64,000 nt of DNA, from NCBI RefSeq assembly GCF_018350175.1, contig NC_058383.1, positions 10,046,001-10,110,000 on the forward strand. The letters are read 5' to 3'. The stretch is from Felis catus. Lineage: Eukaryota. The position numbers and the translations under genes are program-made. Shown here piece after piece: positions 1 through 13,024 of the stretch (position 1 is its first letter; each line of letters opens with the position of its first letter). The notes below the pieces were generated by a model. The model was not told where the DNA came from and ran no database searches. It saw nothing but the letters and a program-made list of their open reading frames with translations.

Positions 1-130
1 ACTGCTGTCGGTGCAGAGCCTGCTTCAGTTCCTCTGTTTCCCGCCCCCCTCTACCCCACCCCTGCTCACAAGCATGGGTGCTCTCGCTCTCTCTCTCTCT
101 CTCTCTCTCAAAATACTGAACATTAAAAAA
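1..130 (+). mobile_element. CanSINE 3' part (cut by the window edge)
   Basis: SINE body, (CT)n and A-rich tail. Confidence 0.8.
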
Positions 131-640
131 ATGTTCAGGTTTGACAGAGTTATCAAAGTCCCAAATTTTCACATTCTTAAACCTTAACAAGGGAAAGATT
201 AATACCTGAGTTGGCAACTGTGCTGAGGGCTTCAAAGACCCTGCCATTCAATTGTTGTAACAATCTTAACAAGCATGTTAAGGGAACTGAGGCATGAATA
301 AGTAACTTGCCCAAAAGAATACAGCTAAGTCAGAGGTAAGGTTTGAAACCAGGCCAGCGATTCCCAAATTATAGGTTATTTCCACTATGGCCATTTGTGA
401 TTTTGGTCCTTTACTAAATCCAGAAAAGATGCCAATGTCACATTAATCTCAAACCATCCCTCACTGCAGAATGCCAGGCTGAACACGCCTGCCAGAATAC
501 TGCCTAAGTGGGGTCTGGGTTACTGCATACAGAAATAACCGAACAACTGTGACAAAGAGAGACTGTACCCTGGCAATTTGCTTCCTTCTACTACCTTCTA
601 AAGGGTTTCCCTTCTGCTCCCAACACAAGGCTTTCTTTAC

Positions 641-2342
641 CTTTCATTTCTCTCTCCTGGATCTCCCGCTCCTTCTTAGCCTGGATGGCGAGCAACCGCC
701 TGCTCTTCACCGCGCTAATCATGTCTTCAGCTCCCACATCTACCTGGGGTTCAAACTTCACAACCTCTTTTTTCCTATCAGTTTTGCCCAGCCCATTCTC
801 CTCTTTTCCATTTTCCTTGTTTCTGGCTTCCATTTCTTTCCTTTTCTGTTTCTCTGCTCTCTTCTTATCATTCTCTTCCTTCAGTACAGCAAGCCGCTCT
901 TTCCACAACTCTGCAGACATCTGCTGTCTGGTTTCCATGTGGTCTTGCACCGAGTATGTCATGAGGATGCGGTGGCAGAGGGCCGTCAAGATCTGGAGCT
1001 TCTCTTCTGACGTCAGTTCAAAAAACTCCGAGGTCTCCAGCTTCTCTAGGAACTCATCTTGTACTTCATTATCCTCGAATGGTGCTGAATCTTTATTGTC
1101 GTCCGTGTCTGAGCCCTCGCTTTCTTCCTGAACATCAGATTTGCGCAAGCAGAGCCGCACCAGCTCCGAGACAGAATGTAGGGTCAGAGGGATTTCTGAC
1201 AGCTTCATTCCCAATTCGCCATAGTCTTCTGCTATTTCATCTTGCAATAAGGTCTGTAAGAGGATGACCAACACTCTATTCAGATATAAAAAGCCACCTT
1301 TTTCTGCACTCAAGGCTTCCATGAGGGACACAGCAGTAATAGGATACTGAGCATCTGGTAAGAGTAGCCCAGAGTAACAGCTCAAGAACTCCACCACCAT
1401 GGCCACGTCCCCAAACAGTGTGTTGGGCAGCCCTTCGGGGGTATCCACCAACCTAAACGCCGGAAGGCTTTTGCCAGTTAACTCTTGGTCCTCGTACCTC
1501 TTCTGCTTTTCCAGTTTCTCAAGCATTTCTTTCTCTCTCCTCTCCTTGGCTTTCTCCTTCAACTTTTCTTTCAGCTCCTCTCGTTTCTTTTTCAAATATT
1601 CTTTGCGCTGCTCTTCAGACATAGAGGCCCACCGCTTTTTATGTTCTAGAAGCTCAAAGCGTTTTTGAACAATACTTCGCAGCTCTTCTGGGAGACGAGC
1701 TCTATCTTCACTGGAGAGCAGACGAGCTGTTTTCGAGATAACACAGGACAGGGCACTCTTCTTGTCCTCCCTGTCTTTGTTTTCTTTGTAGTAGGCAATA
1801 AGGTGTAGGGCAGCAGGAGGCAGATGTTTATGGGGTTTACTAGAAGACCTGGGTGTACCCCCAGAATTCCGTGGGGCTCGGGTCATCTTCTGAGTGCCTT
1901 TGGCCATATCCAACAAAGTCATCTGCTTCATTTTGGTTTTAGGAGTCTTCAAGCCCTTTTTAGGAGATTTGGAATTACCTGTGGATTTCTGTCCATTAAG
2001 GATGCCTTTGCTTCTACCCTTCACTTTCAAAGGTTTGTCACTATGCTTCCCTGATTTCTTGGCAGGTGGGCCTTTCTTAGGAATGTGAAAGTTGGCGTGT
2101 AGCTTGTTGGGTGACATCATCTTCATCACTTCTTCCAGATGTTCTTCTGGAGACTTGGAATTCTTTGAGTTCTTCACTTTGAGTGGTGAGCCATTCAAGG
2201 ATTTCTTCAAATGTACGTGACACCATAACTTGGGATTTAGTGGTGAACTCAGAGAAGAGTTGTCTGTCTTGGATTTTTTTGAAGGCTTCCTATCTGGGGA
2301 TCCAGTATTCTTCCTCTTAGTAGAAGGGTTGAGAGTCATGTA
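641..2342 (-). CDS. BAZ1B: BAZ1B coding exon 7 (1702 nt): includes Cys338 (LWCHVHL) of the atypical tyrosine-kinase region, a coiled coil, the DDT domain and the WHIM1 region
   Basis: 582-aa ORF 591..2339 matches BAZ1B. Acceptor TTCTAG|TAC at 2342, donor AAAG|GTAAAG at 640. The gene continues beyond the left edge. Confidence 0.97.
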
Positions 2343-3578
2343 CTAGAATTTAAGAACAGGAGCAAAATTAATTTTAAAAACTAATTTAAAGAAGCAACAC
2401 TTAAGCATCATAAAGGCCCTCTTCCCCAGCTATCCAGGTAAAGATACATATTCATTTCTGTTCAAAGACACCATGTCCCTAAACAAAGACATGAATGTTA
2501 GTTGATGTTTTGGCCCTATCAATACAAAACTGATAGCCAGACTTAAAAATCTATACTCTTAAAATTAAACATTTTTGCTATGTAACTATATGTGTTCTGT
2601 TTATATATGGTGCTAGCAATTCTTAGATATTTTAATGACATCTGTGAGCCCTTTCCCCAGAAGCAACATATGATAATTCTGCATTCTATTTCAGAATCCA
2701 TCTGTGGATCCCAGACTGAGGATACCTGATTTAGAAAATGGCAACATCTAAAGAGTTAATAAAGTATTACTCTGGATTTCTTATCATTTAAACCTCTGTT
2801 CCCACTAGGAACATTCTATGCTTTTAAGTAGAAAAATTTAAGTATTTTTGTCTAAATGCAGAAGCATATTTTCTTACTTACAATACCACAACAAAAATCA
2901 CTGCTCATAAACAGGGAGCCCTCCCGCCCCTGGTTCCTCAAACTCCCCTTTGTCCTGTCGCCACACATCGAGAACTCATTCCCGTGAATACATTACTAAC
3001 TATAAGCCCTCTATATTCTCAACCTCATACAATCCCCTCATGTCCTTCAAATTCACTCCCTCTAGTAGCCCAACTCTGCAATCCTTTAATCCCTGCCAGG
3101 ACCTTAAATCCATTAGTTCTACCAAACTTTCTGCACACTCGCTTCCTTGTTCTTCTTACCCACATTAAATTCCGGTCAGTTGCTATAATCAATCTTGCAT
3201 GAACCTCTGGTTCCCTGGCCTCTCCTGCTCTACTACACCTAGTTCCCTGGCCCATACATGTTCAGCTTACACAGGCATGGAATTAAAGATACAAACGCAG
3301 TGTGTGGTCTCACTTTAAATTCAGAACCAGGTACCTCAAATGCATCCTGAATACCACCCTTAATATATTCCTTATCGATTTAACATATTCCTTTAGTCCA
3401 TTCACTTCCCTCTCCCCTGGACACATATCTATCTCCTATCTCTTCAAACCACCATATCCCCTTCATAGAGAATTAGTTAATAGGTTAGAACCCAGTCAAC
3501 TTGTCATAATACCATGGTTTCTGTTTAACAGTGGATTTAAAAAAAAAAAAAAAAAAAAAGCTGTGGATTTTCAAACTT

Positions 3579-3797
3579 AAATTTTTTTTTTTTAACATTT
3601 ATTCATTTTTGAGAGTGAGAGAGAGACCGAGCATGAGCGGGGGAGGGGCAAACAGAGAGGGAGACACAGAATCCGAAGCAGGCTCCAGGCTCTGAGCTGT
3701 CAGCACAGGGCCTGAGTGGGGCCCAAACTCACGAACCGTGAAATCATGACCTGAGCTGCAGTCGGACGCTTAACCGACTGAGCCACCCAGACGCCCT
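3579..3797 (-). mobile_element. CanSINE (SINEC_Fc-type)
   Basis: Full body with TSD GATTTTCAAACTT at 3566-3578 and 3798-3810. Confidence 0.9.
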
Positions 3798-5342
3798 GAT
3801 TTTCAAACTTTAAAGAATGTAATTACAAAGAAAAAAGCTTGGCAGCTAAACCGTAAACTAAATGAAATAATAACCAAGCAAAGTAAAAGGAGAGCCAATT
3901 TCAAAAAAATTCTAGTGACTAGGAGAAAGATTAGAAAAGCTTTAGAATATTTGATTTCTGTTACCCAGAGGGCACTCAGAGACCTGAGCCTAACTCAAAG
4001 TTTGAGTGGGAAGGACGAACTTGACAGAAGCTGCATATAGACAGCAGCCTGGAGGCAGCTGGTAAGACAGGCCCACAGGAGAGGAGACTGCAGGTGAGGA
4101 AGCAGCTAAACACTATGGAACATGAAATGATGAGCTCCTTTAAAAAGGCGAGAAGGAAGTGCTATGAGGAGTACACCCCAGGGATGATAGGAAAGAACAC
4201 CCATGCTCTTGTCAGGAGTAAACAGGTACGGTAAAATTTAATAAGCTGTACTGCAACACCAGGTAAGATTTAAACATTATGGATCTAATCACCAGAGAAA
4301 CAAACTCACAGAACCAAGGCAGCACAAGTAGGAGAAATATGGTCTGCAATGAATGAGTGGACTACACCTAACATCCTCCTTTTGATTAAGTCCCCAGCTT
4401 CAAGGATTTTATTTTTTTAAGTAATCTCTACACCCAACATGGGTTTAAACTCACAACCCCAAGATCAAAAGTCGCACACTACACCAACTGAGCCAGCCAG
4501 GCGCCCCAAGTCTCCAACTTTTGCCTTTTACGGACAACAGGCAATTACAGATTATTGTTCCTCTAGAGGGCTGTTTTTGTTGCCTGACTAAAACTATAAG
4601 TTTTGTTCCCCAATTATCATCCTCCATATCAGCTGACAAAGAGGCTACATAGTTTATAGAACATAAACAATATCTATCTGTAACTCCGGGGATATTTTCT
4701 CCAGAAGCAGAATTTCACAGTCCTAGTTCCCCAGAACTAGATTTCAAAATGTTAACAAGAGTGAGCAAAGATAGCTTATGTGAGACTCCACTCTCCGCTT
4801 GGACAGTAATAGTACCAGTACTCGAAAGACCACCCTACAAATCATAGACTAAGGCCCAAAACTACTCTGGCAGGAACTAAAGACAAATGTGTTAACTAAA
4901 GACAAGTTAGCCATCCTCTTCAACCAGCCTTGGAAAATCTTCAGAGTATAGACATAACAGATGGATACTTTTTCTAATGCTCAGGATAACAGGCTATATT
5001 TAAAGTCATTCTAAAATGAAATTTATCACTAAAAAGGAGACTAGCGTGAGACTATGTTTCATTTTTACCATTTCAAATAGGTATCATTTAATAGGGCCTA
5101 TTATAATTTGGCCACTTCTTAATTTACTGATTACTTTTCTATTTAAAAAGTCCCTCAAATTTTCATAAGGTTTAAATTTCTTCTATTTAGAAGCATTATA
5201 CTATGCAGAATTGATGTAAGAGCTGGGATGGCTTAGCCATGAGAGGGTCCAGCAACCCATTTATTTTTATTTGTAAGGTGTGTTTTTTGGCCAAATCACA
5301 CCATATAATTTTTTTTCTTAAAAATGAAAGAAATTAACTCAC

Positions 5343-5467
5343 CCAACCCCCTCCCAACAGGCCGGCTCCCCGCGTGAGCAGTCCTTCAGTAACTGGATCA
5401 TCTCAGCATAGGGCATGCTGGGCAGTCACAGCCACATGGGAGCCGGCATGGCTGGACTCAGGGGGAT
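5343..5467 (-). other. BAZ1B: Candidate poison (PTC-containing) cassette exon in BAZ1B intron 6
   Basis: TATACTTTTTCAG| 125 nt |GTGAGT. GC-richer than its flanks. In-frame TGA at 5428-5426. Confidence 0.6.
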
Positions 5468-6609
5468 CTGAAAAAGTATAAAACCACTTATGTGCTAAGG
5501 GTCTCCCTATCCCCCATTCAGCATAAGTAATCTATTGGAATAGTGCACAGAGAGGGAGAAAAGAATGGACACCCAGAATAGCAGAATTACAGGTTTTAGG
5601 CAAGGCCCTTTCTAAGTGCTAAACAGGAACAAAATACTGATGAATGTCTCACAATGTGAAAGCCTTTAAGAAAAAGTGTATACAATTCTATACCTGCTCC
5701 CTGTCAAGTGAAACAAACCACCACCCCAAATAAGAAAATCTATTAAATAAGATAAAGATGAAGAAACTTTATTTATAGCAGCTCACTCAGATGCTAAATT
5801 TAACGTGATAGTAAGTGGCCAAGAGCCCTGCACTGGAAAACTCCAGCAATCTGTATTCTAATATTTACTTCTCTCTACATTCACCCCAGGAGCTGTGGTA
5901 GGAGTTTCAAGGTAACACTCACACAATGGGCTCGCCTCAATCTCTAGATGTCTTTATCAGCAAATGTGCAAAATAGGTTACCATAAAATAGTCTTAAGTA
6001 CTTCTAAAGTTAACTTATTTTTAAAGTGCTTCTGCTCTAGTCTCTAACTCAAACAGAAAACTCCAAAGGCAAATTTAAAGAAAAACATCAAAACCCTGAA
6101 CATCTACTTGAAACATTAATTAGGAGAGATAAGAAACATCTTTAAAAATATATAATGTCATTAAGTAATGAGACAAAATTAAATTACATCAGGTGCCTTT
6201 TAATATAATTCACTCTAAGAGGCACACAACATCAATTCTGTGGTATCTCTACCAAAAACCCATAACCTGAATGTAATTATATGGAAATAACCCTGAATTG
6301 AGAAGCATCATATAAAAATAACTGAACTGTATCCTTATAAAATGTCAAAAGTTTCTGAAAGACAAAGAAAAGCTGAGAGACTGCTCTAGATCAGAGGAGA
6401 CCTCAGTCTCCTAACAAGTCACAAAACAAGGAAACATAATACATGATACTACACTGGAGCCTGTGAAAACAAAAACAAAATTTAGCTAAAAAGACAATAT
6501 TGGGACAAATTTCAAAACATGCGTAAGAACTGCAGATAACAGTATTGTTTCAATGCTAATTTCCTGTTTTGATACCTGTACTATACTTATGTTAGAAAAT
6601 AGCCTTGTC

Positions 6610-6791
6610 AGGGCACCTGGGTGGTTCAGTCAGTTAAAAGTCCAACTTCGGCTCAGGTCATGATCTCACAGTTGGTGAGTTTGAGCCCCGCATCGGGCTC
6701 CGTGCTGACAGCTCAGAGCCTGGAGCCTGCTTTGGATTCTGTGTCGCCCTCTCTCACTCTCTGTCCCCCTCCCTCCCCCTCTCTAAAATAA

Positions 6792-6835
<44 letters not shown>

Positions 6836-7125
6836 ACGTTAAAAAAAAAAAAAGTAGCATTTAGCCATTATATATTGATCCAAAAGCTTCCCTACTATGG
6901 GGTACCTGGGTGGCTCAGTGAGTTAAGCATCCAACTTTGGCTTAGATCATGATCTTGCAGTTCAGGACTTTGAGCCCCCCGTTGGGCTCTGTGCTGACAG
7001 GTCAAAGCCTGCAGCCTGCTTCGGACTCTGTGTCTCCCTCTGTCTCTCTCTGCCCCTGCCCCTCCAGCTTGTGCTCTCCCTCGCTCTCAAAAATAAATAA
7101 ATAAATATTAAATTTTTTTTCTTAA
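6610..7125 (+). mobile_element. Two tandem CanSINEs, the first with a (GATA)n tail at ~6793-6833
   Basis: GGGCACCTGGGTGG heads at ~6610 and ~6899. The second has TSD AAAGCTTCCCTACTA. Confidence 0.88.
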
Positions 7126-8568
7126 ACCAAAGCTTCCCTACTAGGATATACCAATCTAAAATAAGAGTAACAAAACACTAGAGCTGCAATGTTATTACCA
7201 AAGGGCAATGAGCCAAGATAGCAGATTTCATCTTAGATGACTGGGATCACACAAATAAATGCCTTATAAATCACTCCCCCAAGTCATTATCCCTAAACTC
7301 AACTGTCCACTGCATTTTTTTTCAATGAATGGTACTTCTTAAAGAGATGACTTCACAAGCCACACACCTATTATACCTATACTAAATATCACAGAACATA
7401 AAATGAGTAAGATAGTTCTTCTGTTCAAGTTTTATGTTCTAGAGTTTGTAAGACCACAAACACACTCTCATGATCACAATAGGCCCTATTCGGCTCACAC
7501 TCCAAAATTCCATATCCCTAAATAACTTTTTCCTCTCTCCCACCTAAGCTCTCCCTGCTGGTCCTTTCCTCAAACTACTGCTCAGAACTTGCTTCCTCTC
7601 TCCAGGTCTCCTCTCTCTCCACAGTAGCTACATTCAGCAGCCTGGCAGAATATCAAGTTCTACAAAATCCAAAGAGAAGGCAAAGAGAGAAAAACAATTT
7701 TTTCAAGCTATTGACTTTGGAATAGGCAGATCATAGATCTGATCAACGTGAATCCTCAAGGCATTATTTAAAATCTCCTTTAGATGAAGAAAGAAAATCC
7801 AAAGCATTGTTTTATGGTCTACTTATCTATGTCTTTACTGTATTCTGTCCTGGCTGAGATGCTATAAGTTCCTTAAGAAAACTACAAATAGGAAAAACAC
7901 AACTTATATGCAAAACTCAGGAGACAAAATCAGCGACGGATTAAATCGTACGGGGAGATAAGAATTACTGTGTAGAATGGTATTGTACAGGAGTCTCAAT
8001 TTCTCTAAGCATAATCACTGACTTCAGGCAGCACTTTGTTCTAAACAAGCTTACAATTCCTAACCTCAATCTTATAGCCAGGTTCTATTAAGTTAGTATC
8101 TTAAGACCTCATTAGAAAATTTGAGAATAGGTGATTTATTCATACACTCCTGGAATTCTAGTCTCTGGCTCCTACAGAAAGTGAGTTAAGCATCCACAGA
8201 AAGTGTGGATCAGCTTTTTTTGTTCTTATTAGCCCAAAAGACCTTTTACCCATAAATAATACTTAGTCTTTCTTCTTCTTAAGTCTTTCTTTCATGTCAT
8301 TCACATACTTAAACTAAACTAAAATACATAAAAGACAGCTGTTAAGATTTAACAAGAGGAAAATATTTAAGGACTCAAATGATCCGAGGGTCTAAAAACT
8401 CATTCAGCGATGATTTTATATAGGATTTTCATACAGTAATGACAGTAATCTTATAGCCACTGAAAGCCTTACCAGAATTCCAAAACTCTATAGCAATGAA
8501 ATGACAAATAATTAAAACTTCCCCTCAGTAAATAAAAAACTTTAGTACTGATCTAGAAAAAGCCAATT

Positions 8569-8787
8569 GGGGCGCCTGGGTGGCTCAGTCAGTTGGGTGT
8601 CCGACTTCGGCTCAGGTCATGATCTCGCAGTCCGGGAGTTTGAGCCCCACGTCAGGCTCTGTTTTGACAGCTCAGAGCCTGGAGCCTGTTTCAGACTCTG
8701 TGTCTCCCTCTCTCTCTGACCCTCCCCCGTTCATGCTCTGTCTCTCCCTGTCTCAAAAATAAATAAACGTTAAAAAAAAAAAAAATT
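8569..8787 (+). mobile_element. CanSINE (SINEC_Fc-type)
   Basis: TSD TAGAAAAAGCCAATT on both sides. Confidence 0.9.
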
Positions 8788-9187
8788 TAGAAAAAGCCAA
8801 TTAATTAATTTCTAATTTTCCTTTTTATGCAAATAATAAAAATTTAAAGAGCATAGGAAGAAAATGCTTGATCATGCTGGTCTGGAATAAGAAAACATGC
8901 TAAATATTAAACTATGGTTGGAGAAATAAAATTATTTCTCAATATAATTTTGTCAGCAAAATCAGTCTAAAATAATTGAAGTAATTTAATTGTATGCCTC
9001 AAGATGTGCTTCATTTTTCAAAATTGAAAGGAAGGGGAAAAATCTGTTTTAAATGGATCAGTAGCCCTCTGCCAGTCCTATCCTGGCCCAAAGACAAAGG
9101 TGAAATATCAGTATGCAAATCAGTAAAGTTGCCAACGAAAGACATATATACTCTCAAAACTTACATTAAAAAAAAATCTTATTGGAG

Positions 9188-9620
9188 GGGCACCTGGGTG
9201 GCTCAGTAGGTTTGAGCATCCAACTTCGGCTCAGGCCATGATCTCATAACTTGTGAGTTTGAGCCTCACATCGGGCTCTCTGCTGTCAGCACAGAGCCTT
9301 TTTCAGATCCTCTACCCCCTCTCTCTCTGTCCTGCTTGCATGCACATGCACATTCTCTCTCAAAAATAAACAAACACTGGGGCGCCTGGGTGGCGCAGTC
9401 GGTTAAGCGTCCGACTTCAGCCAGGTCACGATCTCGCGGTCCGGGAGTTCGAGCCCCGCGTCGGGCTCTGGGCTGATGGCTCAGAGCCTGGAGCCTGTTT
9501 CCGATTCTGTGTCTCCCTCTCTCTCTGCCCCTCCCCCGTTCATGCTCTGTCTCTCTCTGTCCCAAAAATAAATAAACGTTGAAAAAAAAAATTAAAAAAA
9601 AATAAACAAACATTAAAAAA
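9188..9620 (+). mobile_element. Nested CanSINEs: a young SINEC_Fc (9379-~9600) inserted in the tail of an older CanSINE
   Basis: Inner TSD AAAATAAACAAACA, outer TSD AAAAAATCT(T/C)ATTGGAG. Confidence 0.9.
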
Positions 9621-10325
9621 AAAATCTCATTGGAGAAACCCTGAGATAGAAAAGACAATCAGAAATCTGAGGCCAAGGTCTTGGCTTTTGTCATTTTAGT
9701 TTCTGTTGGTTTTAATTAGACTACCCTCAGTTCCTGCAACTGGAAGATAAGACTATGTGTATGTGTATGTAGGTACGTATGTGTGTATATGTATATAAAA
9801 TACACATACATCCAACACAACATTGTAAGAATTATTAGGAAGATCAAACGAGTTGATTAAAGAAAACAAAAAACAAACAAACAAAAAAACATTTTCAAGA
9901 GGGAAATGCTAGGTTTTCTACTAATCTGCCATACAAACTAATACCCATTCCAAGTCTTTTTCAAGGCTGCTGATGTGTTTATCTTATCTGATATACAAAA
10001 TCAGTTTTCATTCTTAGGAATTAATTTGTAAAAAATTTTTTCCTATTTATATCATACCTCATTCCAAGAAGAATCTGAGGCAAAAAACCGTGTGTGTGTC
10101 TGTGTGTCTGTGTTTTAATCAACCATAGTAAAAAATAAATCAATCTAGGAGAGATTTTCAATATCAACCCCACATCATCATCTACATAAAATAGATGGAT
10201 GTCAAAATTTCTGAATCCATTATCTGATGTTAAGAGCTCAAAATCTAATCTAACTGGAGCCACTGAAGAAAACGAACTCGTTTAAGTGTTCTACCTTGCT
10301 CTTCAAAAATTAATAGGGACCTTAC

Positions 10326-10523
10326 CTTGTATGGATCAAGTAAAAAGTCACTGAACTTGCTAGGCAGGGAATATTTCTTCACCAATTCGTCTTCTACCAC
10401 CCATGGTGCATTTTCACCAGTACCAGCCCGTAATGCGTTATGCCGTATAAAGTATCGAAGTATCTCCTTATTTGGTGGGCGTTCTGTACGAATCAAGCTG
10501 TCTGCTGGCACATTACTGATGAT
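10326..10523 (-). CDS. BAZ1B: BAZ1B coding exon 6 (IISNVPADSLIRTERPPNKE...FSDFLLDPYK)
   Basis: Acceptor AACCTAG|, donor AAG|GTAAGG. 198 nt, overlaps ORF 10245..10511. Confidence 0.96.
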
Positions 10524-10974
10524 CTAGGTTAACAAATATAAATAACTTACCACTGGGGTTAAAAGCAATTAACCACTGAGAACAAAGATTTATGTTCTTT
10601 CCAGAAAAATCGTAACTCCCTCTATAAAACAGGGCTATAAACTAGATGAAAGAAAAATAATTTTCAGAAACAGAATGTTAAATTAAACACATCCCTAGGC
10701 AATTTATCTGTATGTATCAAAGACCTAAAACTGTGCATACCCACTGAACCAGCAATTCCTCTTGTTAAGAATTTAGAAATAAACGGACTGTCAACTGCTA
10801 ATAAAAGGAAGGGGGGGGGGGAGGGAAAACTACATAAAGGTACATCAGTAAGGGATTCATTTTTTAAATTAAAATACATCCATACAATGAATGAATGCAA
10901 CCATTATATGCATATAATATATACATGCATATAATTATGTATAATATATTACATATAATATACACAACCATAGG

Positions 10975-11150
10975 GGGAAAATGTTTCTCAATCAGGACGA
11001 ATTTATCAGAATCGTCTAAGGTGCAGATTCTTGGCCCCCAAACTTACTGAATGAGAAGAATCTCTGGCAGTAGAGGCTGGGAATCTAGATTTTTTAATAA
11101 ACCCCCTGAAGACTATCATACACACTACAGTCTGAAAATACTATTTTGGA
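10975..11150. mobile_element. MER5-like hAT DNA transposon relic
   Basis: GCAGATTC...ACTGAAT...GAATCTCT...GGGAATCT...TTTTAATAA pattern. A similar copy lies at ~24370-24535. Confidence 0.55.
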
Positions 11151-12263
11151 AAAAAATTTAATGACATCACAGACGTTTACCATATAGTAAATGAAAAAAG
11201 CAAGTTACAAAATAGTGTGTATAGAATCCTCTCTTTTTTTCCCCCTAAAATTTTATTTTTAGGTAATCTCTATACCCAACATGGGACTCAAACTCATAAC
11301 CCCAAGATCAAGTATCATACTTTACCAACTGAGCCAGCCAGTGCCCCGACTCCTATTTTCAAAAGTCACTTAAAAGCTGGGGCACCTGGGTGGCTCAGGT
11401 CCTGATCCCAGGGTTGTGGGATGGAGCCCCGTGTTGGGCTCTGTGCTGAGCATGGAGGCTGTTCAAGATTCTCTTTCTCTCTCCCTCTGCCCCTTGCCCC
11501 TACTCAATGTTCTAAAAAAAACAAACAAGCTAACCACCATTAACCACATCTATATTCACCAAATATCATCTCTGAGCACAGGATTAGAAATATCTTTTAC
11601 CCTTATTTGTATATTCTATCTTCTTCTATTTACTACACGTAAACAAAGCAATTTACATTCTTCACACTCATCAGTAAGAATACAGACGATAATCAGGGAA
11701 GTGGATGAGACTCCCTAGTAATAATATTTTAACTAGCAACCCTGCTGAAGGTGAAGAAACTTAGTGAAAAACTGGATTTAACATCCAATTTTCAAATATA
11801 AAGAAATCCTAACAATTTAGCAATGCCTTCACATCAACTATAAAACAAATGGAGTCAAAGTGCTGGGGGCGATCAGATGACTCAGTCAGAAGAACATTCG
11901 ACTCTTATCTCAGGGTTGTAAGTTCAAGCCCCACGTTGGGTATAGAAATTACTTAAAATTAAAATCTTCAAAAAAAAAAAAAAGTCAAAATAGAATAAGA
12001 CTCGTCAACTTTTTGAGGTGGGAAAAAAAATCCAACACTCTGAAGAGCCAAAAGAACTGGGTTATACTCCTTCCCACGCTCATTTACTAAATTAGGAACT
12101 TTGACAGAATTCTTCAACTTCTCAGGCCCTAGCTGTTTCTTCTATAAACAGTTGAACAGGAAGACAAATGTGCAGTTATCTTCCATATCCAGCAGCCCAT
12201 CTTGCCTCTTTCTAAATACAAGATTTTACACATACAGGTATACAAGTACCTGAAACTAATATG

Positions 12264-12412
12264 CCATATTTCATGGATTCTAAGACACTATCAATGAAAA
12301 AACACAGTGTTTTATATGCCACTAAGAAAACAATTCTTGCCCATTCATTTAAGCAATGTCCTGACTCTGGACATATTAAAAACATTCAAACCTTAGAATC
12401 AATAAAACTTAG
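12264..12412. mobile_element. MER104-like (Tc2/mariner) MITE relic
   Basis: Degenerate terminal inverted repeats CCATATTTCATGGATTCTAAG ... CTTAGAATCAATAAAAC. Confidence 0.5.
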
Positions 12413-12858
12413 CACTAAGTTATTTTAAGGGTATTTACTGTTTTAGATTATTAGCTTCACAGATACCTTGTAAAAGTGCTGAGGAGAACTGACTTGGTTT
12501 CTGAGTTTATTACAAATTGCTTTATTTTTAACTGGGAAGAGCTATTTCCTGGAGAAAGTCCGTAACTGCTGCGAACTGATTCTTATTTTTCAAACTGAGT
12601 TTGAAACTCAAATGCAAATTATTCTTAGACCCTAATAATTCTTATTAAAAGAAAACAGTATGCTATCTCCTAGGGGAAAAAAATACAATTTAACTTAAGG
12701 TCATAATTACAAAGACTACAAAAGCCTAGAATTTACTGTAGAAACACATTCATTCACATTTTTCTGTAGCACATTTTCTCCGAGAAAACTGGCCCTATGA
12801 TATTTTCTAAAATAGCATTTTCGACATTTAAGAGGTTTAATATAAAGTGCCAACTAAC

Positions 12859-12980
12859 CTTATCTTCATTTTGTAATTTCACATCATATTTGTGAGGCAA
12901 AAATTTTGGCGGAGCCCATTTCCTTTCTCCTTTTTTTAATGAAGTAGGGAGTTTTCGTGGAGATCTACGTGCTCTGTCAT
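12859..12980 (-). CDS. BAZ1B: BAZ1B coding exon 5 (DRARRSPRKLPTSLKKGERKWAPPKFLPHKYDVKLQNEDK)
   Basis: Acceptor GACTAG|, donor AAG|GTTAGT. 122 nt, keeps the frame. Not in the ORF track. Confidence 0.95.
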
Positions 12981-13024
12981 CTAGTCAAATCAATAGAAAA
13001 TTAGTGAAAAAAATACGTCTTTAA

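Noticed and set aside
549..2088. Several + strand ORFs up to 153 aa
   Set aside because: Antisense shadows of the purine-rich BAZ1B exon 7, with no independent gene signals.
3531..3570. A21 run between GTGGATTT repeats as a solo poly(A) insertion
   Set aside because: The repeat is short and overlaps the neighbouring SINE TSD, so it is ambiguous.
8192..8211. Small hairpin ATCCACA-GAAAG-TGTGGAT
   Set aside because: A 7-bp stem is expected by chance and is too short for a pre-miRNA.
11865..11945. tRNA-like sequences (also ~14699, 17626, 41846, 43136, 55037, 60683)
   Set aside because: tRNA-derived heads of short old CanSINEs with A-rich tails, not intact tRNA genes.
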